NCBI GenBank assembly: GCA_049968255.1
Contig: JBMFRB010000002.1
Coordinates: 224,001 to 288,000, forward strand
Source: Candidatus Sumerlaeaceae bacterium
Lineage (GTDB): Bacteria; Sumerlaeota; Sumerlaeia; Sumerlaeales; Sumerlaeaceae
DNA length: 64,000 nucleotides
Reading direction: 5' to 3'
The position numbers and the translations under genes are program-made. Below the pieces are notes generated by a model, which was given only the letters and a program-made list of their open reading frames with translations, had not been told where the DNA came from and did not search any database. This document shows, piece by piece, positions 28,701-37,253 of the stretch. The stretch's first letter is position 1. Each line of letters begins with the position of its first letter.

Positions 28701-31328
28701 ATGATAAGCGCTAAACTTGCCCGCAAAGTCTACAATGGCATCTTTTGGCTGTGCACGGCTGCGGTGATTTACTCGCTTTACGTGCCCTTTCGCGAGAGCG
28801 TTTTCCCAGTACTTCGGGAATCACTTGGGCCATACGCTGAATTACTTTTACTTGTTGGGGGTGTGGCGGGTTTCTTTTTTGCAATCTATCTGCAGCACGC
28901 ACTGTGGGGAATACTCGTGGCTTTGCATAGCGCTTTGACGCAAGGAAGCGTCAATGTAGAAGAGGCTGCGGAAAATCCACAGGCGCTGTTGCGTATTGCT
29001 CGACGCTACGAAAAAAAGGGGGAATTTGCGGCAGCAGCGGAGGCGTATGAATCGCTTCGCAGTTGGAAGGAGGCGGCTGAGGCATTTGAAAAAGCCGGCA
29101 TGGCCGATCGCGCTGCCCAAGCTTGGCTAAATGCGGGAGATCGCCTAAGAGCAATTCCGCTTTTCGAGCAAGTCGGGCGATTTGCAGAGGCCGCAGAAGC
29201 CGCATTGAAAGAGGGCCTACGCGATCGCGCCACAAAGAATTTTTATTCGGCCGCAGTTGCCGAGTATGAGCGCAACGACTACCTAAAGGCTGCACAGCTG
29301 TTCGAGAAGGCGATGGAATTTGAGCGCGCCGGAACAATTTATCAAAATGTCCGCCGAATCGAAGATGCGCTCCGCTGTTTCGAACGAGCAGGAAAAAGCG
29401 AGAGAATCGAGGAGCTCATAGCCGAGCTGGATCCTCAACAGCTGCTCATGCGTGGAGACTCTTGCGTCGCGCTAGTGTTGCGATGCACCGAGCTTATGAG
29501 GCGCCAAGGAAAAGCTCTCGAAGGCGCAGCAATCCTGGAAAAGGTTGGCGAGTTCGTCCGTGCTGCCGAGATCTACGAGGAAATCGGTAGTTTCGACAAG
29601 GCGGGAGAAGCCTATTTTAAAGCTGGTCAGCTGGACAAAGCGGAAAAAGCGTATGGGCAAGTTTCTGACCCGGAACGCGTTGCGGAGTTTATGGCTCGTC
29701 TTGCAATCCAGCGCGGTGATTGGAAAGCGGCTGGCCAGTACTACCTCGAGGCTGGCAAACTCACCCAGGCGGTCGACGCGTTCAAGCGAGCCAAAGATTA
29801 TCTCTCTGCTGCGCAAGTTTACGAGCAGAGCAAACGCTACCTCATAGCCGCCGAGATGTATGCGGCCGCCAAAGAGTTGCGGTCGGCCGCAGAGGCCTAT
29901 GCAAAAGGCCATGACTGGCGCAATGCGGCTGAATGTTTCGAGGTGGTGGGAGATCTACCGCAAGCGATCAAGGCCTACGCCGCGGCAGGCGACTATTTCC
30001 GTGCTGGAAAACTTGCCGTCGCGAATAAGGAGTTCGATGCGGCCATTGAATATCTCCAGCGTGTGCCACCGAGCTCTCCCGACTGGAAACTTTCAACAGG
30101 CTTTCTCGGTGTCGCGTTCTATAATCTGGGCCGAACAGAGATGGCTCGGGAGCTGTTTCAGCGCGTAGCTGATTCGATTGCTCCTGCCGGCGAGACACTT
30201 CCTATTCTCTATGCGTACGGCTGTTTGCTAGCGGATGAGGGTAATCCGGAGGCGGTGGCCGTACTGCGGCGTATCCTTGCCGTGAATGCAAACTACGAGG
30301 ACGTGCGTGAGCGCATTACGCGATATGAGGAACAACTCAAACAGAGCTCCACACGTCCGCCGGTGGGATTTGCGCCGCAAGCTCCTCAGGGAACTCCCTA
30401 TCCTCCGATTGCGGGTGTTTTTCCTACGGTCAATATCGGCGCAACGACGCAAACTCATTATGCTTTTCAGCGGCCTATCACACAGGTCCCCGATACTCGG
30501 TTTGGTGATGAAGGGCGTTATCAGATTATTAGTGAGCTAGGCCGTGGCGGCATGGCGATTGTTTATCGAGCGTTTGATACACACCTCGAACGGGAAGTTG
30601 CCCTAAAAACATTTCCGCTCTCGCGACACTCGGGGCCTGGTAGGGAAGATGTCTTTCTCCGCGAGGCACGCCTTATTGCCAGGCTATCGCATCCGAACAT
30701 TGTGACCATTTACGATTGCGGACACATGAATTACCTCTACTACATCGCGATGGAATATGTCCCCGGCGATAACCTAAAACAGCGCGTGAAAGCCAAGGGG
30801 CCACTTTCATTAGAGGAATTGAAGCGCGTCGTTGTGCAACTGGCGGATGCGCTCATCTACGCACACTCGCAGCAAGTTTTGCACCGGGATGTGAAGCCCG
30901 CTAACGTTATTCAGCGAGCAAGTGGCGACATTAAAGTCGTGGATTTCGGTGTAGCGAAAATCCTGTCCGATGCGGCGACGTACGCTTTGGCCGAGGAAGA
31001 TTCGCAGCGGACACTCGTTGGTACGCCGCAGTATATGGCCCCCGAACAGATTATTGGCCAGCCAGTTGATGCGCGCGCCGACATTTATGCTCTTGGTCTT
31101 ACCATCTTTTATCTGGTGACAGGACGCACACCATTCGATGTAAAAAAGGTCACCGATCCGGTCGAAATTTCCCAAATGCAGGTCCACTCTTCATTCCCCA
31201 AACCTAGCACTCTGCGGGCAACACTCCCAGCCAAACTGGACGAGATTTTTGTGCGCTGCACCCAGAAGAGTCCGAAAGACCGCTATGCGAGTGTGAAAGA
31301 GTTTCTTGAAGATTTTCTTACGCTGTAA
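28701..31328 (+). CDS. Membrane-anchored alpha-solenoid repeat Hanks-type Ser/Thr protein kinase
   Basis: Two N-terminal TMs, many AAE.YE..G..KA repeats, kinase motifs GRGGMAIVY, VALK, HRDVKPAN, DFG, GTPQYMAPE. Confidence 0.92.
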   Translation: MISAKLARKVYNGIFWLCTAAVIYSLYVPFRESVFPVLRESLGPYAELLLLVGGVAGFFFAIYLQHALWGILVALHSALTQGSVNVEEAAENPQALLRIARRYEKKGEFAAAAEAYESLRSWKEAAEAFEKAGMADRAAQAWLNAGDRLRAIPLFEQVGRFAEAAEAALKEGLRDRATKNFYSAAVAEYERNDYLKAAQLFEKAMEFERAGTIYQNVRRIEDALRCFERAGKSERIEELIAELDPQQLLMRGDSCVALVLRCTELMRRQGKALEGAAILEKVGEFVRAAEIYEEIGSFDKAGEAYFKAGQLDKAEKAYGQVSDPERVAEFMARLAIQRGDWKAAGQYYLEAGKLTQAVDAFKRAKDYLSAAQVYEQSKRYLIAAEMYAAAKELRSAAEAYAKGHDWRNAAECFEVVGDLPQAIKAYAAAGDYFRAGKLAVANKEFDAAIEYLQRVPPSSPDWKLSTGFLGVAFYNLGRTEMARELFQRVADSIAPAGETLPILYAYGCLLADEGNPEAVAVLRRILAVNANYEDVRERITRYEEQLKQSSTRPPVGFAPQAPQGTPYPPIAGVFPTVNIGATTQTHYAFQRPITQVPDTRFGDEGRYQIISELGRGGMAIVYRAFDTHLEREVALKTFPLSRHSGPGREDVFLREARLIARLSHPNIVTIYDCGHMNYLYYIAMEYVPGDNLKQRVKAKGPLSLEELKRVVVQLADALIYAHSQQVLHRDVKPANVIQRASGDIKVVDFGVAKILSDAATYALAEEDSQRTLVGTPQYMAPEQIIGQPVDARADIYALGLTIFYLVTGRTPFDVKKVTDPVEISQMQVHSSFPKPSTLRATLPAKLDEIFVRCTQKSPKDRYASVKEFLEDFLTL

Positions 31329-31373
31329 TTCCCAGAGCAGAATGCATCATTTTCGGGGAACAGGTTAGTGTTT

Positions 31374-31408
31374 AAAATGTGGAGCCCGTTCCGAAGGGAA
31401 TGGGCTCC
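31374..31408 (-). terminator. Terminator hairpin downstream of rplL
   Basis: ggagcccgttcc-gaag-ggaatgggctcc stem-loop, followed on the minus strand by ACATTTT. Confidence 0.7.
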
Positions 31409-31443
31409 GCTGTTTCTCGCCAACAAAACGAGCGCGTTGATTT

Positions 31444-31833
31444 TTACTTGATCTCGACCACTGCGCCGGCAGCTTCCAGCTGCTTTTTGACCTTCTCGGC
31501 CTCTTCTTTGCTGACGTCCTTGACGACTTCCTTTGGTGCCCCTTCGACAAGGTCTTTTGCTTCTTTCAAGCCGAGATTCGTGACGGCGCGGACCTCTTTG
31601 ATGATGTTGATTTTCTTGTCCGCGGGAACTTCTTTCAGGATCACCGTAAACTCGGTTTTCTCCTCGACTGGAGCTGCTGCTGCGGCACCACCAACTGCCG
31701 GACCCGCCGCCACCGCAACTGGCGCCGCGCTCACGCCATATTTCTCTTCGATCTTTTTCACGAGTTCATTGATTTCCAACAGCGTCATTGAATCGAGACG
31801 CTCGACGATCTGGTCAATTGTGATCTCCGACAT
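31444..31833 (-). CDS. rplL: 50S ribosomal protein L7/L12
   Basis: [43 protein letters not shown]. Confidence 0.98.
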   Translation of the reverse strand: MSEITIDQIVERLDSMTLLEINELVKKIEEKYGVSAAPVAVAAGPAVGGAAAAAPVEEKTEFTVILKEVPADKKINIIKEVRAVTNLGLKEAKDLVEGAPKEVVKDVSKEEAEKVKKQLEAAGAVVEIK

Positions 31834-31936
31834 CTGATCTCTCCTTCATGGGATGTTAGTTTTTAGGCATTTTTTCGGAAGAGGCAATAACTGCCCGCTT
31901 ATTACCTCAGCATTGTCTGCCAACTGATGAACTGCC

Positions 31937-32461
31937 TTAGCTCTGCTCGGCTTTTTTGCGAGCTACAGCATCCAGCGCGTACACGAGTTTGGCCACGGTT
32001 TGATTGAGCGCTAATGCCAGCCGCTGAACCGGACTTGTGAGGCTCCCAAGAAGTCGCCCAAGAAGCACTTCGCGCGACGGCAGTTTTGACAGCTCAGCAA
32101 TTTCCTCGGCCGTCAGCCGGCGATTGTCCATCAGGCCAACGACAATTTTGAGCTTTTCATTGTCCTTCGCGTACGTGACCAAGACTTTGGCTGGCGCTAC
32201 GGGATCAGCCATACCCATGGCAATGGCTTTCATACCTTTAAGGTACTCCGGCAAGGGATCTAGTCCTGCTTCGCGCAAGGCAATTTGCGCCAGACGGTTC
32301 TTCACGACTTTGAACTCCACCTGCTCCTTGCGGAGCCTGCTACGAAGTTCAGTCATCTCGGCCACTGTCATCCCTTGATATTCAGCCACAACGAGCGACT
32401 TCGAGCGCTGGAGCTTTTCTTTGAGCTTTTGTACGGCTTCGACTTTTTGCGGTTTCGGCAA
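31937..32461 (-). CDS. rplJ: 50S ribosomal protein L10
   Basis: EYQGMTVAEMTELR, VVKNRL, LPSREVLLG; TTG start 6 nt after AAGGAGGTG. Confidence 0.96.
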   Translation of the reverse strand: MPKPQKVEAVQKLKEKLQRSKSLVVAEYQGMTVAEMTELRSRLRKEQVEFKVVKNRLAQIALREAGLDPLPEYLKGMKAIAMGMADPVAPAKVLVTYAKDNEKLKIVVGLMDNRRLTAEEIAELSKLPSREVLLGRLLGSLTSPVQRLALALNQTVAKLVYALDAVARKKAEQS

Positions 32462-32628
32462 GCGACTCACCTCCTTTCGTGCGTTTGGGGCTTTCGCCTA
32501 GCGACACTGCTTTGACGCACTGGTGGCGACGATCCCCATGTGCACGTGGAGGCCTGTCTGATAGGGGCGGGCCTGTCAGGTGCAAGGGACCGCAGAAAAC
32601 ACGATTGCCTGGCGAGCAATCCACCGTC

Positions 32629-32684
32629 ACGTCTCGGCAGGGGCATTTTACGGGAGCATGCTCCCGACCTGCTGTCTTGGACGC
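32629..32684 (-). promoter_or_regulatory. L10 leader (L10-L12 autogenous control RNA element)
   Basis: Minus strand GCGTCCAAGACAGCAGG...TAAAA...CCCCTGCCGAGACGT matches the L10-leader pattern upstream of rplJ. Confidence 0.85.
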
Positions 32685-32851
32685 AGCCCTTTTCTGCAAT
32701 CCATTCGGCCGTTCTTGATTTGAGCGACCGCTCGTTCATACGGAGAAGATGTCTTGCTTATTCATCTGAAGGATACCTTTTGTCCCTGCGACGCTGATCT
32801 GCTTCTAGTTTTTGGCCAAGTGATTTTCGTGCAATGAGAGTATAATTGCGA

Positions 32852-33037
32852 CGGAGCCTCTGCAACGTTAGTACAAGCTCGACGCTCATTGAGCCAACGT
32901 GTGAATGAGAGGGAGCCTTATATCGCGCCATGGACGTCACGCCCTTGGCTCAGGGACTTCGGAAGTGGCGGTGCGGGCACCCACCTGATGAGAGAAGGTT
33001 CAATAGACACGGCTTCTACGGCGGAGCGGAGGCTCCG
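32852..33037 (+). ncRNA. ssrS: 6S RNA
   Basis: About 186 nt; closing stem CGGAGCCTCTGC/GCGGAGGCTCCG; conserved GGGAGCC, GCGGGCACCCACCTG, GGTTCAA and ACGGC blocks as in Bacillus-type 6S; TATAAT at 32841-32846. Confidence 0.88.
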
Positions 33038-33079
33038 GCTTTGGCTTTGCCCACAAGCATGCATCTCGCACACTTGAAC

Positions 33080-33109
33080 TTGCCCTACATTGCCTTGGTT
33101 TGGGATAAT
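33080..33109 (+). promoter_or_regulatory. Sigma70 promoter implying a leaderless dnaX mRNA
   Basis: TTGCCC-18 nt-GATAAT with extended TG; the -10 ends 6 nt before ATG 33116; no SD. Confidence 0.5.
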
Positions 33110-33115
33110 CCGCTC

Positions 33116-35446
33116 ATGCCGCGTAAGAAGAGAGAAACGAAAGATTCAGAGCAGCCTTTGGAACCGCAAGCCGCAAAGCTTTTCTCGGACAATTCATCCT
33201 CCCTAGAAAACGAGAGTCTTTTTGCTGTTCCGGACGAAGGCAAAGTTAGGCTCGGAGCTGGGGAGGCCGCCGAAGATGAGAAGGTCCAAGAGCTCTCCGA
33301 AGAAACTGGGCCCGAGTTATTTAGCGCAACTTCGCTAGACGAGAGCGCATTGCTCGTCAGCGCAAGAAGCGAAAAACGGAAGGGCTATGTGGTTCTCGCG
33401 CGGCGTTATCGGCCACAGACCTTTGACGATTTGGTTGGTCAAGAACATGTGCGGGAAGCATTGCGCCGTGCCATCCTCGAAGGCGAAGTTGCCCATGCGT
33501 ACTTATTTAGTGGACCACGTGGAACCGGAAAGACGTCCACGGCGCGTATTCTGGCCAAATCCCTCAATTGCCAAGAAAGTGGCCCGCGTCCTGACCCGTG
33601 TGGGCGTTGTGCCTCTTGTCGTGCCATTGCCGCGGGGAGCAGTCTCGACGTGATCGAGATTGATGCTGCGTCAAACACAGGCGTGGACAACATAAGAGAT
33701 CTTCGCGCCGGCGTTGTTTTAGCTCCGTTTTTCCGATATAAAGTTTATATTATTGACGAAGTGCACATGCTGTCGATGCAGGCTTTCAACGCCCTGCTCA
33801 AGACGTTAGAGGAACCGCCACCGCGCGTGATCTTTGTGATGGCGACCACGGAGTTGCATAAAGTTCCGCCGACAATCATCTCCCGCTGCCAATGTTTTCA
33901 GTTCAAGCGCTTCACAACGCAGCAGATTGTCGAGCATTTAGACAGGATACTGGAGAAAGAAGCTGCTGAACGCGGGATTGCTGTGAATCCAGGGGAGAAG
34001 CGCCGCATTTTGGAGCTAATCGCGCAAACGGCGGAAGGCGGGATGCGCGATGCACAGGTAGCCCTCGATCAAATTCTGGTTCTGTGCCGGGAGAGACTGG
34101 ACTATGAAACCGTGCGGCGCTTTTTGGGCGGCGTCCAATCCAGCGTCGTAGAGAAATTTGTTCGGGCGATTTTTGAACGAAAGACGGATGAGCTCCTGCT
34201 GCTACTCGATGAAGTGGTTTCTGTGGGGATGGATCTTGAGCGGTTTGTCAAAAATACCGCGGAATATCTCAGGAACCTTCTTATTGTTCGACAGGTGGGG
34301 AAAGAGTCTGCGCTTCTGGATTATCCGGAAGACAAATTAGCCACCATGGAGAAAGTCGCGCAGGAATGCTCTATAAGTCGTCTGGTGAATCTTTGCAATT
34401 CTTTCATTGAACTTGTGGACAAGGTCAAAACGATGAGTGCTGCCCGGTTTCTTCTCGAACTGGAAATCGTGCGCCTGACCTGCCTCGATCCTGAGGATGA
34501 TTTGAGCAAACTCGTGCAAGCGTTGAAGTCCTTGGAGAAGGGTAGCGCGTGGAGGGGGGGAAGCGTAGGATCGTTCACAGCGTTGGCTGCGAATGCAACT
34601 CCAGCGAGTGTGTCGGCATCGATTCCGGCGAGCGTCCCGGAATTGAGTCCGTCGGTGCGAGCACGTCGGGCGACTGTCAGCGAGGCCCCCCGGGATCTTC
34701 CAAGCGAACGTACGATTGATCGAGAGCCAGATGTCCCCGCCACCTCCCAAGCATCTCGCCCTTTGCTGGCTTCAGAGGATGAGCCACGATTAGTAGTCGA
34801 GGACGGGCCGTTGCCACCGGAATTAGTCGAGCGATTATGCGCCGCTGCTACTCAAAAGCCGTTGAACCTAGTCTTGCCGCGAGTGCGAGCATGGATTCTT
34901 AGTGGCAGCTTTCTGGTGCTCCGCGTCGACCCGGCTGAGCGTTTCGATTTCGACGTACTTAATCGGCCGAATAATCAGAAAATATTGATTGGGTACTTTC
35001 GGCGCCTTACAGGGCGCGTCGTCGAGCTCCGGATTGAGCATGACTCGCCCGGAACGCAGGAAGAACCGGACAGGGTATCAGAGAACCTCCGAGCTAAAGC
35101 AGATCTCGAAATGCGTGAGGAGCGAAGTGAGGAAGCGGCGCAGTTTGTTCAGCACAAAGATCAGTTGCTTGCGGCGCGCAAGGAAGAGGAGGGTGCCCAA
35201 ATTGAGAGCGATGATGAAGCTGATCATCGCGAAGATGTGAGCGAGAATTTAGAAGATCAGCCATTGGACGAGATATTGGATGTTGAGAGAATTCGTCGTC
35301 AGTACCAGCCGGCGTTGAAGGGAAAAAAGCTCAAAACGTTCTTGCAAGACAAACCGGTTGTTGCCGAGATCATCGAGCAGTTTAAACAAGTTTTTGGTGT
35401 CGGTGACGACGCCTTCTCATTCAAACCCCATCAGGTTGAGGATTGA
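33116..35446 (+). CDS. dnaX: DNA polymerase III subunit gamma/tau
   Basis: LARRYRPQTF, GPRGTGKTS, PCGRCASC Zn module, EIDAASN, IIDEVHML, SRC motif; start moved to MPRKK because the upstream ORF part is 6S RNA. Confidence 0.95.
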   Translation: MPRKKRETKDSEQPLEPQAAKLFSDNSSSLENESLFAVPDEGKVRLGAGEAAEDEKVQELSEETGPELFSATSLDESALLVSARSEKRKGYVVLARRYRPQTFDDLVGQEHVREALRRAILEGEVAHAYLFSGPRGTGKTSTARILAKSLNCQESGPRPDPCGRCASCRAIAAGSSLDVIEIDAASNTGVDNIRDLRAGVVLAPFFRYKVYIIDEVHMLSMQAFNALLKTLEEPPPRVIFVMATTELHKVPPTIISRCQCFQFKRFTTQQIVEHLDRILEKEAAERGIAVNPGEKRRILELIAQTAEGGMRDAQVALDQILVLCRERLDYETVRRFLGGVQSSVVEKFVRAIFERKTDELLLLLDEVVSVGMDLERFVKNTAEYLRNLLIVRQVGKESALLDYPEDKLATMEKVAQECSISRLVNLCNSFIELVDKVKTMSAARFLLELEIVRLTCLDPEDDLSKLVQALKSLEKGSAWRGGSVGSFTALAANATPASVSASIPASVPELSPSVRARRATVSEAPRDLPSERTIDREPDVPATSQASRPLLASEDEPRLVVEDGPLPPELVERLCAAATQKPLNLVLPRVRAWILSGSFLVLRVDPAERFDFDVLNRPNNQKILIGYFRRLTGRVVELRIEHDSPGTQEEPDRVSENLRAKADLEMREERSEEAAQFVQHKDQLLAARKEEEGAQIESDDEADHREDVSENLEDQPLDEILDVERIRRQYQPALKGKKLKTFLQDKPVVAEIIEQFKQVFGVGDDAFSFKPHQVED

Positions 35447-35449
35447 TCT

Positions 35450-35761
35450 ATGTTCGATTTGCGGCAGATCCAGAAGATGCAGAAAGAATTGCAGGAGCGG
35501 ATGGAACGTGTGCGTGAGGAGCTTAAGCAGAAAACGGTAGAGGCTTCCTCGGGTGGTGGTATGGTGACAGCGGTCGCGAATGGTGGGCAGGAAATTGTTG
35601 CCATAAAAATCAAAAAGGACGCCGTAGATCCAGATGATATCGAGATGCTCGAGGACTTGGTTGTTGCGGCCGTGAATTTAGCTCTCGAAAAGTCGCGGGC
35701 TTTGAACGAGGAGGAAATTTCCAAACTCACTGGCGGTCTAAAGATCCCAGGTTTCTTCTAG
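35450..35761 (+). CDS. ybaB: Nucleoid-associated protein, YbaB/EbfC family
   Basis: SGGGMV, VDPDDIEMLEDLVVAAVN, TGGLKIPG; follows dnaX. Confidence 0.95.
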   Translation: MFDLRQIQKMQKELQERMERVREELKQKTVEASSGGGMVTAVANGGQEIVAIKIKKDAVDPDDIEMLEDLVVAAVNLALEKSRALNEEEISKLTGGLKIPGFF

Positions 35762-35779
35762 GACGCTTGCGAGGAAGAC

Positions 35780-36694
35780 CTAGCGAATGTATCGTCGCAT
35801 GATGCTCATCGCCTGGTGGAGATAACCGCCACCGAAGAGGTAAGCGTGGTTCAATAGGTGATAAAGATTGTAGATTGCAAAACGTTCGCGATAGCCGTCA
35901 GACAGAGGGAGAATCTCGCCGTAGATCTTGTAGAAATGCGGTGAAAACCCACCGAAAAGCTCAGTCATGGCCAGGTCCGCTTCGCGGTGTCCGAAGTAGC
36001 ATGCGGGATCAATCAGGGCTGGCTTGCCATCGGAGTCACACATGACATTGCCCCCCCACAGATCTCCATGAAGCAGAACGGGTTGTGCCTCTGCATCCAC
36101 AAGGAGATCGTCGAGCCGGTTGAGAAACTGCAGCCACAGTTTAGCATCGTCGCTGGAGATCTTTCCCGAGCCACAAAGTAACTTAACCATGTGCTCAAGG
36201 CGACGGCTACGGAAAAACTCCACCCAAGAGTTCAGCCATTCGTTCGATTGCGGAGTTGTTCCAATATAGTTATCGTGATAGAAACCGAAGGCTGGCCCGC
36301 AAAAACGATGCATTTCGGCCAAGCCAGCCGCTAATTCTTCGTCAAATTTATCGCGCGACACACGCCGTTGGGTTCGGCTGGGGTTAGCCAAATCTTCGAG
36401 CACCAAGAATGCAGGGGTCTCTGCAGTGGGTTCACCAACCAGGATTGGTGTGGGAACTCTGAGTGAGGTGGCCTTTTGCATCGCGAGGAGCCCTTCCGCC
36501 TCGCAACCAAACATGTTTGCCGGTGCGCACGAATTCCATTTTACAAAAAAGGTTGCTCCGTCGTCGAGATAGACGCGTAGAGCCGAATTGATGCAACCTC
36601 CCCCGGCGGGGTCATATCTCGTGATCTCGACGGGTCTGCCCAGCACCGCCGTAAATTCGGATGTTAATCTGTTAATAAGCTTACTCGTGTTCAC
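35780..36694 (-). CDS. Fructosamine kinase family protein
   Basis: GGCIN, FFVK, EAEGL, FGFYHDNYIG, LLHGDLWGGN, IDPACYFGHREADLAM, LYHLLNH; GTG start at 36694. Confidence 0.92.
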   Translation of the reverse strand: MNTSKLINRLTSEFTAVLGRPVEITRYDPAGGGCINSALRVYLDDGATFFVKWNSCAPANMFGCEAEGLLAMQKATSLRVPTPILVGEPTAETPAFLVLEDLANPSRTQRRVSRDKFDEELAAGLAEMHRFCGPAFGFYHDNYIGTTPQSNEWLNSWVEFFRSRRLEHMVKLLCGSGKISSDDAKLWLQFLNRLDDLLVDAEAQPVLLHGDLWGGNVMCDSDGKPALIDPACYFGHREADLAMTELFGGFSPHFYKIYGEILPLSDGYRERFAIYNLYHLLNHAYLFGGGYLHQAMSIMRRYIR

Positions 36695-37214
36695 ACACGA
36701 CCTTACCTTGCGTGAGTGTTTCGAGCAGGGCGACGCAACCCTTTTCAATAAGGTCCATAACCTCTTCAAAGCCGTCCTGAGTGCTCCAATACGGATCCGG
36801 GACATCCAAGCCGCGATGGGAACTCTGCATGAAATCGGTAAACAGGCATAGCTTCGCAGACGAATAGCCGTTGAGTCGCATCTTGGCAAACGTTCGGAGG
36901 CTTTCCAAAACCTCTCTGTCCATCGCCAGAATAAGATCAAATGTGCGGAAATCGTTCTCGGTCACGGGGCGCGAACGGTGAGTTAGGACGTATCCGCGTC
37001 TTATTGCTGCATGTTGCATTCGTGGATCCGGCAATTCGCCTTTGTGGTAATCGAGTATCCCTGCGCTATCGACTTCAAATCGCTCCGAGATGCCCATTTT
37101 TTCCACAAGCCCAATAAATACGGCGTGGGCAGCAGGGGAGCGGCAAATGTTGCCGAGACACACAAAAAGAATTTTCACGGGTTTGGTAGGGTTCAAGTCT
37201 GCCTCCTGACACAT
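36681..37214 (-). CDS. Low molecular weight protein-tyrosine phosphatase
   Basis: VCLGNICRSP P-loop, DSAG, DPY motif. Confidence 0.95.
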   Translation of the reverse strand: MCQEADLNPTKPVKILFVCLGNICRSPAAHAVFIGLVEKMGISERFEVDSAGILDYHKGELPDPRMQHAAIRRGYVLTHRSRPVTENDFRTFDLILAMDREVLESLRTFAKMRLNGYSSAKLCLFTDFMQSSHRGLDVPDPYWSTQDGFEEVMDLIEKGCVALLETLTQGKVVCEHE

Positions 37215-37253
37215 GGTTTCGCCAGGGTTTACAAATTGGGCCAACGAATGCTT

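Noticed and set aside
32382-32797. Several short overlapping ORFs upstream of rplJ
   Set aside because: Better explained as the GC-rich structured L10 leader; no SD or protein-like composition
32930-33115. N-terminal 62 codons of the 838-aa dnaX ORF
   Set aside because: Overlaps the 6S RNA; a promoter and ATG at 33116 explain the real start
35323-35329. In-frame A AAA AAG slippery heptamer in dnaX
   Set aside because: Only about 40 codons from the C-terminus, far from the gamma boundary, with no clear stimulatory hairpin
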